Part shown: positions 9,434 to 19,023 of the stretch, piece after piece | Numbering within the stretch: the first letter of the stretch is position 1 | Layout: each line of letters opens with the position of its first letter | Source: a virus | Lineage: Duplodnaviria; Caudoviricetes | Strand: one strand, 5' to 3' | Virus record (IMG/VR): IMGVR_UViG_2857429247_000001 | Span: 49,386 to 113,385 of that record | Length of the DNA stretch: 64,000 nucleotides | Made by a program: the position numbers and the translations under genes | Notes under the pieces: model-generated | What the model was told of the DNA's origin: nothing | What the model saw: only the letters and a program-made list of their open reading frames with translations | The model's database searches: none

Positions 9434-9909
9434 CCCGACGCTACGCCGCCGACACGTCAGTTCCGATGGATCGGAGCATCGCCGAGATCTGGACCACCGT
9501 CCGGCGCTACGGCGCGACCGAGTTCGCCCACATGGAGCGTGAGGCCGAGGCCGCGATCGGCTTCACGATGCGCGGGCGCCGGATCCTTTTCCGGCTCGCC
9601 ATGCCGAACCCAAAGGACCGCGCCTTCACCCACACGCAGACCAAGCGGCAGCCGCGCTCGGCCGCCGGCGCCCACGAGGCCTGGGAGCAGGCGTGTCGCT
9701 CGCGCTGGCGCGCGCTCGCCTTGGCGATCAAGGCGAAGCTCGAGGCCGTTGAGATCGGCATCGTCACCTTCGAGGACGAGTTCCTCGCCAGCACGATACC
9801 GCCCGGGTCGAGCATCACCTTCGGCGAGATGGTGCGGGAGGACATGCGGCTCTCGCACGAGCGCGGCGAGCTGAAGCCGCTCCTCCCCTATCTCGGCCCG
9901 AGCACATAG
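9430..9909 (+). CDS. Conserved phage hypothetical protein
   Basis: YAADTSVPMDRSIAEI...RRYGA...RSRWRALALAIKAKLEAVE.GI.TFEDEFLA, a pattern I recognise from phage proteins. Confidence 0.75.
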   Translation: MTRRYAADTSVPMDRSIAEIWTTVRRYGATEFAHMEREAEAAIGFTMRGRRILFRLAMPNPKDRAFTHTQTKRQPRSAAGAHEAWEQACRSRWRALALAIKAKLEAVEIGIVTFEDEFLASTIPPGSSITFGEMVREDMRLSHERGELKPLLPYLGPST

Positions 9910-10194
9910 ATGGCGCCGCCGGAGCCACGCTGGCTGGATCCCGCCGCGCCCCGGCTCGCCCACCTGACCCGCGCGCATCTTCTCGCGATCGAGGCGGAGG
10001 CGCTGCGCGCGTGGCGGGCGTGGTTCGACGGGCTCGGAATCCCGTTCGTCGCGCGGGCGCGGCGCTGGCCGGACGAGATCGACTGCGCGACTGGGTTGTG
10101 GCCCCGTTGCCTGTTCGAGGCCGGCGTGCGCCTGGGCCTGCTGCCGTCGGGTGATGCAAATGCAGCGAAAGCCGCAAAAAACGCGGCAGCGTGA
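9910..10194 (+). CDS. Hypothetical protein
   Basis: Abuts the previous stop codon. Confidence 0.5.
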   Translation: MAPPEPRWLDPAAPRLAHLTRAHLLAIEAEALRAWRAWFDGLGIPFVARARRWPDEIDCATGLWPRCLFEAGVRLGLLPSGDANAAKAAKNAAA

Positions 10195-10200
10195 AAAAAG

Positions 10201-10295
10201 GGGCTTCCCCCCAAGTATCACTTGTGGCACGTCTGATGGCGCAAAGATGTCTTCGGCCCCGGCGGAACCCCCGTCCGGGGCCGTCGCCGTTTTTG
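10201..10295 (+). promoter_or_regulatory. Family B motif copy 1 (GGGCTTCCCCCCAAGTATC) followed by a terminator-like hairpin
   Basis: 19-mer identical to copies at 28682, 33974 and 47724; hairpin cggccccgg/ccggggccg 10254-10283, then a T-run. Confidence 0.7.
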
Positions 10296-10358
10296 GCTAT
10301 CCCTCACAATCGAACATCGATCCGATTGGCACCAACACGGTGAGACCAATGAAGTAGA

Positions 10359-10801
10359 CCTGCGCGCGCATGCGCCTCCCGTATTAGCAGGATAGCGGCC
10401 TCACACAGCCTGCCGGGCAACTATAGCTCGACGCCGGCCCGCCGTACGTAAATCCTTCGCACAGCCCGAATGGGCATAGGCCCGCACTCGTGTGTGGGCG
10501 ATCATCCTGGACCAACAGACGAACCCCGTTATGGGCTTGGGCCTCGGCTAAGCGCGAGGCGGCTTAGGGGGGAGTTGAGGCGGATCGACAAAGCACGTTC
10601 ACGACCCGGTCGCTCAACCCGGAATTCAGAGCCAAGGCCCCTGTGAGGTGAGGGCGGACCAGCACGCCAAGGTGCCTGCCCCCTGGTGCCATCGAGCGCC
10701 AGGGCGCGAGTTTTGCCCGAACGGGCATCCGTCCTGACGTCGCAAGCCTGTAAACCCGCGCGCCCCGGCTGATCGTCGAGCGGGCGGCGAACACGCGCAG
10801 G
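10359..10801 (+). ncRNA. Candidate large structured non-coding RNA
   Basis: No convincing ORF; closing stem cctgcgcg/cgcgcagg, nested long-range stems, many hairpins and a possible H-type pseudoknot (see findings); strand inferred. Confidence 0.45.
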
Positions 10802-10963
10802 CCTCGCGAACGCGAGCCGCCACCGTCCCGACCTCCGCGGCCGCCCTCTCCGGCCGGCGGACTGCCGCCGGGCCGTGGCGCAGAAGCCGGAGTCGCGTCC
10901 GGTCGACGTCATCGATCAACCCACGGTCTGGCAGTTGCCGGCCAGCAACCCAGTCAGGTCCCC

Positions 10964-11278
10964 ATGGATGAGGCCAAGTTCCGCGCCGCGATCGCGGCCG
11001 AGATCCGCACGTTCGCCAAGCGCGTCGACGGTCTGAAGCTCGCCGATCGCCGCGATCCCGAGAAGCCGGTCCTGGAGAAGATCGCTCTCGCCCAGGAGAT
11101 GCGCAAGCGCGCCGACCAGCTCGTGCGCGAGATGGCGCCGCCAGAGGGCGGGCTCGCCCTGGCCAAGGTGGTGTTCGGCACGAGCGGGCGCGTCGCGCAG
11201 GTCGAGCGCGGCACGGTCGCGGTGCGGGCGCCGCACGCGCGCCGGGCCGGACGGATCGGCCTGAAGCTGGCGGCCTGA
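10964..11278 (+). CDS. Hypothetical protein
   Basis: GC3-biased ORF. Confidence 0.65.
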   Translation: MDEAKFRAAIAAEIRTFAKRVDGLKLADRRDPEKPVLEKIALAQEMRKRADQLVREMAPPEGGLALAKVVFGTSGRVAQVERGTVAVRAPHARRAGRIGLKLAA

Positions 11279-11280
11279 CC

Positions 11281-11490
11281 ATGGCGATGCGCATCGCCTT
11301 CTGGACCGCGCTCCAGCCCGACAACCGGGAGGGCGCCGTCGCGATCGCCTCCGAGGCGAGCACGCGCACGGTGGCGCTCACCGTGAAGGACGCGGTCAGC
11401 GACCAGGCGTCCTCGCTGATCCTGCCGGCCCCGCGGGTGCGCCGCCTGATCGCTGACCTGCAGGAGGCCCTGCGCCACCTCGAGGACTGA
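11281..11490 (+). CDS. Hypothetical protein
   Basis: Operonic spacing. Confidence 0.6.
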   Translation: MAMRIAFWTALQPDNREGAVAIASEASTRTVALTVKDAVSDQASSLILPAPRVRRLIADLQEALRHLED

Positions 11491-11560
11491 CCCGACCGGT
11501 CCAAGCGGCGTGGAGCCGATCCAACCACCGGCCCGAGCCGAAGCCAGGAGGGAGCCGACC

Positions 11561-11767
11561 ATGCGCGCGTTCCGACACCTCGCACTGCCCGCCGCGATCC
11601 TGGCCCTCATCGCCCTGTGGGTGTTCATCCTGTCCGGGCCGGCGCAGGTCGATTATCCGCCCGCGACCAAGCTGGGGCTCGTGGCGGACCTGCTCGTGCT
11701 CCTCGCTGCCGTTGGCGTCGCTCTCGACGAGCGGAGCCGTTACCGCGGAGGCGAAGACGATTTATAG
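11561..11767 (+). CDS. Small membrane protein (2 TM)
   Basis: AGGAGG RBS, two hydrophobic segments. Confidence 0.6.
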   Translation: MRAFRHLALPAAILALIALWVFILSGPAQVDYPPATKLGLVADLLVLLAAVGVALDERSRYRGGEDDL

Positions 11768-11771
11768 AGCT

Positions 11772-11790
11772 TAGATCCTCCGAGGATCTA
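11772..11790. promoter_or_regulatory. Perfect palindrome, possible operator or recombinase-binding site
   Basis: tagatcctc-c-gaggatcta, immediately before the ATG at 11794 and covering its RBS. Confidence 0.45.
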
Positions 11791-11793
11791 CTT

Positions 11794-12303
11794 ATGAAGA
11801 CTGTCGCCGGGCGCGGCTCCAAGTATGTCGCGCTACGTCTCGAAAAGCTGAGGCAGGAGCGCCGTCGCATGGCGCGGCAACGCGCGACGGTGATCGGCTA
11901 CGTCGGGCCCGGCGATGATGGCGCCGCGGCGGCCGCCGAGATCCGCGCGCACTGTAAACGCAACGACTTGGTATTGACCGAGATCGTCTTCGAGATGCTT
12001 GGCGCGGACAGTATAGTCCCGCATCTTCGTCCCGGCTTCGCAATGGTTCTTGCGTCCTGCCGGGCCGGCCGCTGCGGCGCTGTCGTGGTATTCCGCGCCG
12101 CTTCGCTCGGATCTGCCGCCGTCCAGACGCACGCGGCGGTCGCGCTCGGCCCTGAAATCGGCCTCGCGGCAGCCTCCGGACGGCCGATCGACGGCCCTGG
12201 ATTGGTCCGCCGGTTGGCCCGTGCCGCGGCCAAGGCCAGACCCGCCCGCTGGCCCCGTTTCGGGGTGTCAAAAAAACCTGAGGCGGGCCGCGTCCTCGCG
12301 TAG
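11794..12303 (+). CDS. Degenerate serine-recombinase (resolvase-like) catalytic domain protein
   Basis: VIGYV.., IRAHCKRNDLVLTEIVFE, RPGFAMVLASCRAG..GAVVVFR resemble the resolvase fold; the RVS and DRLxR motifs are replaced. Confidence 0.55.
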   Translation: MKTVAGRGSKYVALRLEKLRQERRRMARQRATVIGYVGPGDDGAAAAAEIRAHCKRNDLVLTEIVFEMLGADSIVPHLRPGFAMVLASCRAGRCGAVVVFRAASLGSAAVQTHAAVALGPEIGLAAASGRPIDGPGLVRRLARAAAKARPARWPRFGVSKKPEAGRVLA

Positions 12304-12439
12304 CGGATTTAACCCGCGCAAACTGGCCTTAGCGAGGGCTATTCCGGCCATCCGGAATGGCCTAGGTTTACCCTCGCTAAGCGTTAACAAAGATGCGTCA
12401 GGCTCAACGGCCCACGCCACACCCCGGGAGCCGGATCCG

Positions 12440-13465
12440 GTGCTCGACGAGACCCCGCCGCGGCCCGCCGGCGAATACTGCGCGCCGGCGGTGATCGTCC
12501 CGGCCGAGTCGGGCGCCCCGCTGCCGCCGGCCCTGGTGCTGTCGGACGAGCTTGCCGCCTCGATCGCATCGGCCGACGCGTACGCGAAGGACGCGACCGC
12601 GGAACGGACCCGGCGCGAATACGCGTCGAGCTTCGCGCTGTTCGAGGCGTGGTGCGCCAAGCACGGCGCCCGCGCGCTGCCCGCGCATCCGGAAGCGGTG
12701 CGCGCGTATCTCGCCGGGCTCGCCGATCGCGGGCTGAAGCCGGCGACCATCGACACCCGGGCCGCGGCGATCGCCTACACCCACAAGGCCGCCGGCCTCG
12801 ACAACCCGACGGGCACGGCCGGCGTGCGGGCGACCATCCGAGGGATCCGCAACCGGGTCGGCACGAAGCCGAACAAGAAGGCGCCGGCCACCGCCGACCA
12901 CGTCCGGAAGATCCTGAAGAAGCTGCCGGACTCGCTGGTCGGCCTGCGCGACGCCGCGCTGATCTCGATCGGCTTCGCCGCGGCGCTGCGGCGCTCCGAG
13001 CTGGTCGCGCTCGACCTCGAGCACATCGAGCGCACACCCGAGGGCATGATCGTCCACGTCCTACGGTCGAAGACCGACCAGGAGGGCGCCGGCCATCAGG
13101 TGGCGGTGCCGGCCGGCACGAAGATCCGCCCGGTGAAGGCGCTCGACGCATGGCTCGCCGCCTCCGGAATCAAGAGCGGGCCGCTGTTCCGGCAGATCCG
13201 GAAGGGCGGCCATCTCACGGCCGACCGGCTGAAGGACGCCGCGGTCGCCACGATCATCAAGGAGCGCGCCGAGGCCGCGGGCCTCGATCCGCGTTTCTTC
13301 GCCGGGCACTCGCTGCGCTCCGGCTTCGTCACCTCGGCGCTCGCGAACGGCGCCGACGTCCTCAAGGTGATGGGCGTCACCCGGCACACGCAAGTGCAGA
13401 CGCTCAAGGGCTACGATCAGCGCGCGCAGGCCTTCAAGGACCACGCGGGGCGCGGCTTCCTCTAA
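12440..13465 (+). CDS. Tyrosine recombinase (Cre/XerCD-like with N-terminal SAM-like domain); start uncertain
   Basis: RDAALI..GFAAALRRSEL, SKTDQ, GHSLRSGF, TRH, C-terminal Tyr (LKGY). Confidence 0.92.
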   Translation: MLDETPPRPAGEYCAPAVIVPAESGAPLPPALVLSDELAASIASADAYAKDATAERTRREYASSFALFEAWCAKHGARALPAHPEAVRAYLAGLADRGLKPATIDTRAAAIAYTHKAAGLDNPTGTAGVRATIRGIRNRVGTKPNKKAPATADHVRKILKKLPDSLVGLRDAALISIGFAAALRRSELVALDLEHIERTPEGMIVHVLRSKTDQEGAGHQVAVPAGTKIRPVKALDAWLAASGIKSGPLFRQIRKGGHLTADRLKDAAVATIIKERAEAAGLDPRFFAGHSLRSGFVTSALANGADVLKVMGVTRHTQVQTLKGYDQRAQAFKDHAGRGFL

Positions 13466-13498
13466 CCGCCCGCCTTCGTCGGGCCGTAGGGTCTGATA

Positions 13499-14023
13499 AT
13501 GGGCGGCACGATCTCGATCATGGGCGCCGACGGCAGCCTGCCTCACGAGCCCGCGTTCGATCGCGGGTTCTACTTCGATGAGGTGGCCAGCTTCTCAGCC
13601 GAGCAGCTCGAGGCCGCGGTGAGTAAGCCGATGGCCCCCGCCTACAGCTTCCGCGACGCCACCCTCTCGATCGGCGAAGAGGTCTATCCGCTCACCGACG
13701 TCAGCCTGACCGAGCCCGAGATCGAGATCCGCCGGGACTTCGCGATGCCGGACAGCTGGTCGGGGACGTTCACGACCACGGTGCAGAAGCCGGGCAAGCT
13801 CTGGGCGGAAAGCACCGAGCGCGCGATGGCCCGGCTGCTCGACTTCCCCGGGCTCCTGCCGGAGGGGCCGCAACGCGCGGCCGAGATCCGGCGCGTCCGG
13901 CGCCGGGAGCGAAATCGGCAACTCGCCTTGCGCGGCGGGATGATCCCGCACCTGCCCTGGAAGATGCGCGTGCTGGCCGATCCGGACTGGCTCGCCGATC
14001 GCTTGGTGCGGCTGCGCCCCTGA
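13499..14023 (+). CDS. Hypothetical protein
   Basis: GC3-biased ORF. Confidence 0.55.
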   Translation: MGGTISIMGADGSLPHEPAFDRGFYFDEVASFSAEQLEAAVSKPMAPAYSFRDATLSIGEEVYPLTDVSLTEPEIEIRRDFAMPDSWSGTFTTTVQKPGKLWAESTERAMARLLDFPGLLPEGPQRAAEIRRVRRRERNRQLALRGGMIPHLPWKMRVLADPDWLADRLVRLRP

Positions 14024-14249
14024 TCCTTCGATCCCGGCTTCCCGGGATCCCCTGAAGTCTCGCCCCGCGCGGCCGCACCGGCCGCGCGGCCCGTCGTGCT
14101 GCACGCTCGCACCTACCGCCGGAGCATCCCATGCGCTTCCGCCCGATTGTCACCGACGGCCTGATGGCCGTGTTCGCCCTCATCGTCGTGGCCGCCTCGC
14201 TCGCGCGTGAATTCGCGCTGCCGGCCCACTTCGTCTGAAGGGGGCCACC

Positions 14250-14756
14250 ATGGACCAGATCCGCTCTCAGATCTTCGCCGGCGACGCCGCGCGTCTGCGT
14301 CGCTTGGGCGAGATGCTCATCCTCATCGCCGACCTGCCGGACAGCGGCGGTCACGTCTTGGTCGCCGACCGCAGGACGCGCGTCGAGGTTTACGACCTGA
14401 TCCTGCAGCATCGCGGCACCGCGGTGCTGTCCGGCACGAAGGTCTGCCTGACCGAGTCGGCCGACGACGAGCACGCCGCGGTCGGCGGCATCGATCCGGA
14501 CTATGTCTTCCTCGCTCCGGGCTACACGGCGCACTGGGTCATCGCCCGCGGCGGCCAGCCGAAGCCGGCGAAGGTGGCCTCGACCGGCCCGTCCGGCGTC
14601 TCTCCGCTGGGCGCGCTGGGCCCGAAGGGCCATCGGATCGAGGTGATGACGCGGTCCGAGGTGCCAGGCGCCTTGCGCCACGCTTGGCCGAGCCGTTCGG
14701 CGAGCCCGCCACCTGTGCCGGCGCCGGGCCCCTGGCATCGACCCGTGGTCGCCTGA
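14250..14756 (+). CDS. Hypothetical protein
   Basis: ORF with RBS. Confidence 0.55.
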   Translation: MDQIRSQIFAGDAARLRRLGEMLILIADLPDSGGHVLVADRRTRVEVYDLILQHRGTAVLSGTKVCLTESADDEHAAVGGIDPDYVFLAPGYTAHWVIARGGQPKPAKVASTGPSGVSPLGALGPKGHRIEVMTRSEVPGALRHAWPSRSASPPPVPAPGPWHRPVVA

Positions 14757-14789
14757 ACGAGTTCACGCCTGCGGCCCTGACCCGGTGAA
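14734..14789. repeat. Phased octamer array (7 units, degenerate)
   Basis: ggcatcga cccgtggt cgcctgaa cgagttca cgcctgcg gccctgac ccggtgaa. Confidence 0.6.
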
Positions 14790-14861
14790 CCCTTCGGTTG
14801 GACGCATTCCCGCGTCCGGCCCGATTTCGCGCGCGCCGCGCGCCTCAGCGGACCTTCGATC

Positions 14862-15083
14862 ATGGACAGCCCCAAGCCGGCGCGGACGCCGGATCCCGAG
14901 CCCGCGCGCCCGGCCGCCCCCGTCGTGGTCGTCGGCGAAACCTCGGCGATGACCCGCGCGGTCGCCGCCACGATCCGCAAGCACGTCACCACCGCGCCGG
15001 CTAACCGCCGCCAGCGTCGTCATCTCCTCAACCGGGAGAGCGCGATCCGCCGCTCCCTCGTCGGTGCGAAAGGCATGCGCTGA
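14862..15083 (+). CDS. Hypothetical protein
   Basis: Operonic overlap with the next gene. Confidence 0.5.
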   Translation: MDSPKPARTPDPEPARPAAPVVVVGETSAMTRAVAATIRKHVTTAPANRRQRRHLLNRESAIRRSLVGAKGMR

Positions 15084-16216
15084 TGGACACGATCCCCATG
15101 GTTCCCCGCTTCGTGGTCGAGCCCGCGCTCGAGGCGCTTGCCCGGCGTCTGCCGCCCGAGGGCGCCATCATCGTGACGGATCGGCCGGAGCGCCTCGGTC
15201 CGATCTCGTCGAACCTCCTGCGGGTGCTCGGTCTCGCCGCGACCGCAGGCTCCGTCATCATGATCGCGCCGACGACCGAGGCCGAGCGGGCCGAGGTCGA
15301 GCGGCTGAAGGCCACCGGCCAGCTGCGCCCGATCTTCCACGATCCGGCGATGCCGGCCTACCGCCAGCCGAAGCCCGTGCCGCCGCCGGAGTCGGTGGAG
15401 GATCTGATCGCCGCCCAGGCTCGCGACATGCGTCGCCGGCTCAAGCTCAAGAAGAGGGCCGCACGTCACGCGCGGCGCGCCGGCCACCACGCCGCGCTAC
15501 TCCGGTTGATCGACGGGCTCCATGCGCGCTCGTGCGTGATCCTGGTGCAGAATGCCGCCTACGGCCGGCACGTCGTGAACCAGATCCGCAGGAGCCGCCC
15601 GGACCTCGTGACGGGTCGGCTCGCGATCTTCGTGCATACCTGCGTGCCCGGGCGCGCTGAGAGCGAGGCGATCGGGGAACTGCCCGATTTCGCTTCGAGC
15701 CTGCCGGTTCTCCGGGCCCCGGGTCGCGAACTCGCGTGCCTGCGCAATGTCGCGCGCGAGCAGAAAGCGGCGGCCGCGCTCGCAGCGAAGACCGAAGCGG
15801 AGCGAGCCGAAGAGGCCGCCAAGGCCGAGGCCGAGCGTATCGCCGAGGTGAAGCGCGGCGAGGCGGCGGCGGTGCAGGCGGCGCACGACCGCGCAGTCGA
15901 GGAAGCCGAGCGTCAGGCGCGCGACCGGTTGAGGACACGCTTCGGCGAGTGGCCGCGGTACCCCTCGGCCTTCGTGGAGGTCGAGGCCGGCCCCGCGGTT
16001 CGGACCGTCGAGGATCGGCTCGCCATCTGCGAGCACGCGCTGGCCGAGCTGATGGCGTGGTTCGCCCGCTCCTTCGGTGCCCCCGACGCGCTGCCGGATG
16101 TGTCGATCTCGGAGCGTGGCGAGTGGCTGGCGGGTCTCCGCCAGAACCTGCGCGAGTCTCGCCACGGGGCGGTCCATATCAGCGGAGAATTCAGCGGCGA
16201 TTCGATCCTGTCATGA
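15083..16216 (+). CDS. Hypothetical protein with a coiled-coil segment
   Basis: 377-aa ORF, TGATG overlap. Confidence 0.6.
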   Translation: MDTIPMVPRFVVEPALEALARRLPPEGAIIVTDRPERLGPISSNLLRVLGLAATAGSVIMIAPTTEAERAEVERLKATGQLRPIFHDPAMPAYRQPKPVPPPESVEDLIAAQARDMRRRLKLKKRAARHARRAGHHAALLRLIDGLHARSCVILVQNAAYGRHVVNQIRRSRPDLVTGRLAIFVHTCVPGRAESEAIGELPDFASSLPVLRAPGRELACLRNVAREQKAAAALAAKTEAERAEEAAKAEAERIAEVKRGEAAAVQAAHDRAVEEAERQARDRLRTRFGEWPRYPSAFVEVEAGPAVRTVEDRLAICEHALAELMAWFARSFGAPDALPDVSISERGEWLAGLRQNLRESRHGAVHISGEFSGDSILS

Positions 16217-16389
16217 TCGACTGGACCTCCGCCGTTTTCTGGTCGGTCTCGGTTCGCCCCGGGGCCCTCCCCTTCGCCGCTCGCGCCACCGACGGGCGCG
16301 TCTCCGTCCTCATCCCGTACAAGACCCGACGCGAGGCGGTGGCCATGGCCCCCGCGCTCGCCCGGGCGCTCGCCCAGGCGAACCCCTGA
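16213..16389 (+). CDS. Small hypothetical protein
   Basis: ATGA overlap. Confidence 0.45.
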   Translation: MIDWTSAVFWSVSVRPGALPFAARATDGRVSVLIPYKTRREAVAMAPALARALAQANP

Positions 16390-16391
16390 CC

Positions 16392-16721
16392 ATGAGCCAC
16401 GCCAAGAGCCTCGCGCAGCCCAAGCTGTCGCGGGAGGAGACGACGCGCGCCAAGCAGGCCCGCGCGATCGTCCTCGAACTGCCCGACGACGGCGCCGTCC
16501 TGATCGTGCACGCCAAGCCGATGGTCCCCGTCATGCGCGCGCTCATCGCCAAGGTGCGCGGCGAGGCGGTCGCGAACGCGACCCGCATCTTCGTCGCCGC
16601 AACCGAGGTCGACGAGTTGCCGATCGTCTCGGGCCTCTCCGCGACCCCGGTGTTCCGGGAGCCCTTCGTCCTGCAGCAGCGCGAGCACTATCGCGCGCTC
16701 GCCGGCGCGTGGCGGCTCTGA
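16392..16721 (+). CDS. Hypothetical protein
   Basis: GC3-biased ORF. Confidence 0.6.
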   Translation: MSHAKSLAQPKLSREETTRAKQARAIVLELPDDGAVLIVHAKPMVPVMRALIAKVRGEAVANATRIFVAATEVDELPIVSGLSATPVFREPFVLQQREHYRALAGAWRL

Positions 16722-16842
16722 TGGACCGCCCTGTCCCGCTCCCGCCGCGGCCGACGCCGCTTCCCGCCGTGATCGCCTTCGAGGTTGGCACCGTCCTCCT
16801 CGCCTTCGCGATCCTGGGCATCATGGTGAGGATCAGCCCTCT

Positions 16843-17127
16843 ATGAGCGCGCTCGCCTCCATCACCCCCGCGCAGTACGAAGCGCTCGGGCCGAACGCGC
16901 GCGAGGTGATCGACCTCGACCGCGCCCACGAGGCGGCCACGGCCGAATGGGTCGAGGGCCTGCGCCTCGGGGGCAACGTCCTGAGCCTGGACGCGGCCCG
17001 GGCCAACCCGAAGCCGCAGCCCAAGGCGCGCCGCGCGTGGCTCACCCGGGCGCTCGCCGTCGCGTGCAACCGCGGCGGCAACCCGACCGGCGGCGGCCCG
17101 CGCACCGCGTCGATGGGGCGGCGCTGA
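16843..17127 (+). CDS. Hypothetical protein
   Basis: Operonic. Confidence 0.5.
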   Translation: MSALASITPAQYEALGPNAREVIDLDRAHEAATAEWVEGLRLGGNVLSLDAARANPKPQPKARRAWLTRALAVACNRGGNPTGGGPRTASMGRR

Positions 17128-17603
17128 TGCACCGCCTCTTCGAGGCGCTCGTCTTCAGCCTCGTCCTCCTGCCCCTCGCGCCCGCGGCCATCGTGCTGTG
17201 GGTCACGCGTCGAGACGTGAACCCGTGAACGGTGTCCTCGTCGCCGCCGCGGTCGCGCTGATCAGCGCGCCGCCCCCGCCTCCGCCCCCGCCGGGGCCGA
17301 AGCGACCACCCCTCCCCATCATCCTGGCAGCCGCGCCCGCGATCATCGATCGCCGCCGGCCGACCTACAGACCGGTGCACTGATCCATGGATTGGAAGTC
17401 GTTCAACCTCGGCCTCTGGCGCGGGGCGCATGGTCGCGCGCGTCACGTCCCGCTCGCCTCCGACATCGACGAGACGAGCTACGCGGCCGGCTTCGCCCAC
17501 GGCAAGCGCCACGCCCGCCTGATCCGCGCCGGCAAGAAGCCGCCGGAATAAGCCTCGGCCGGTCCCCGGCCGCACCACACCTCCCGCTCCCGGGCCCCTC
17601 ACC

Positions 17604-17963
17604 ATGATCTCGACGACGCTCCTGCCGCCCGCGCCTCGCGGGCCGGGCGGGCCGCACCCGCTCGTGCCGCTCGCCTTCATCGCCGGCTTTCTCGCCGGCG
17701 TGTTTCCGGCGCTGATCGCGCCGCCTGCGCGCGCGGCCGAGATCATCGGCTACCGCATCGCGCTGACCGCCTGCCGTGGCGGTCAGTGCCAGGACCTGCC
17801 TGTGCCGGCCTCCTTCTATGCAGGCCGATACGCCTGCCAGGGCCACGCGGCCAACCTCGCCACCCTCGCCGACATGATCGGGCCGAAGGCGCTCGGGCTG
17901 CCGCCCGGCCCGTGGCGCTTCGAGGGGATGTGCCCGCCCGTCCTCGGTCAGAAGGAGGCCTGA
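17604..17963 (+). CDS. Small secreted Cys-containing protein
   Basis: Hydrophobic leader ending ARA-A; four Cys. Confidence 0.55.
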   Translation: MISTTLLPPAPRGPGGPHPLVPLAFIAGFLAGVFPALIAPPARAAEIIGYRIALTACRGGQCQDLPVPASFYAGRYACQGHAANLATLADMIGPKALGLPPGPWRFEGMCPPVLGQKEA

Positions 17964-17966
17964 GCC

Positions 17967-18182
17967 ATGGCCGCTCCCTTCCTCGCCGTCGTCCTGGTCT
18001 GCGCCAGCGCCATCGCCGGATCCGACTGCGACCGCTCCACGGCCAGCACCGTCGTCGTCCAGCCCGTCGCGAGCGAGATCGCCTGCCTGAAGGTGGGCGA
18101 GAGCGTCGCGGCCGAGAGCCTCGGGGCCCCGGAGCCGGGGACCTACCACAAGATCGCCTGCGAACACCGGAAGGGCTCCTGA
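17967..18182 (+). CDS. Small Cys-containing exported protein
   Basis: AAGGAGG RBS, hydrophobic N-terminus, four Cys. Confidence 0.6.
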   Translation: MAAPFLAVVLVCASAIAGSDCDRSTASTVVVQPVASEIACLKVGESVAAESLGAPEPGTYHKIACEHRKGS

Positions 18183-18631
18183 TGCTCCCCCGTCCCCGTC
18201 CCGATCTCGTCGACGCCTGGGTCGAGCTCTGGCTCTCCACGGCCGTCGGCCTCGCCGCCGCGATGACCGCGCCCCTCGAGGCGTTCCGCGCGCCCCTCTC
18301 CGAGACGGGAGAGGGAGAGGTCTACGTCGCTTCGCCCGAGAGCGAGGAGCCCGAGGGGCTCCCCGAGGTGTCGACCGTGAGCCCCGTGCGGCCGGCCGAT
18401 GTCTCGGCCGCGCCCGGCGTCGGCCTCGCCGCGTCCGAGACCTGCGGCAACTGCCGCCACTTCCGCCGGGAGACCTCCCGGGCCGGCCAGTGCCGCCGCT
18501 ACAGCCCCGGCCTGCCCGAGGAGGGCATGCGCGCCGAGTGGCCGGTCGCCCTCGATGACGAGTGGTGCGGCCAGTTCTTCAAGGCCCACGTGCCGGGGCT
18601 CACCCGCGAGGACCTCGATGCTCTGCACTGA
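18182..18631 (+). CDS. Hypothetical protein with a C-terminal Cys cluster
   Basis: CGNCRHF...GQCRRYSP...WP.....WCGQF zinc-binding-like motif. Confidence 0.6.
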   Translation: MLPRPRPDLVDAWVELWLSTAVGLAAAMTAPLEAFRAPLSETGEGEVYVASPESEEPEGLPEVSTVSPVRPADVSAAPGVGLAASETCGNCRHFRRETSRAGQCRRYSPGLPEEGMRAEWPVALDDEWCGQFFKAHVPGLTREDLDALH

Positions 18632-19004
18632 CGCCGCCCCCGCCGTCGAGGAGACGCGCGTCCCCCTCGAGCAACTCGACGACACCACCTTGCGCGCGAT
18701 GTGCGACGGCGGGTGGCTCGACCACGGCGCCTATATCGCGCTCGCCCGGGCCCGCGGCACGCTCGTCGCCGAGGTCTCGACCACGGCCGGATCGCCGTCC
18801 GCCGCCCGACGCGAGAGCGGTTATGTGGTCATGCTGTCGGCCGACGCCGGCGCGCCCGCGCTTCTCGCGGCGCTCGCACCCCTCGGCGGCCGCGTCATCG
18901 CCGCTCTCGACTATCCCGTGCCCGGCGCCCTGACGCTGCCCGCGCCCGACACGCGGATGCAGCATCAGCGCCCGCGCGAGACCCCGACCATCTCGATCGC
19001 CTGA
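18618..19004 (+). CDS. Hypothetical protein
   Basis: Operonic overlap. Confidence 0.5.
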   Translation: MLCTDAAPAVEETRVPLEQLDDTTLRAMCDGGWLDHGAYIALARARGTLVAEVSTTAGSPSAARRESGYVVMLSADAGAPALLAALAPLGGRVIAALDYPVPGALTLPAPDTRMQHQRPRETPTISIA

Positions 19005-19023
19005 CGGCACTGGAGAACGGACC

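Noticed and set aside
12304-12440. lox/att-like crossover site upstream of the tyrosine recombinase
   Set aside because: The region is relatively AT-rich, but I could not find convincing inverted arms around a 6-8-bp spacer.
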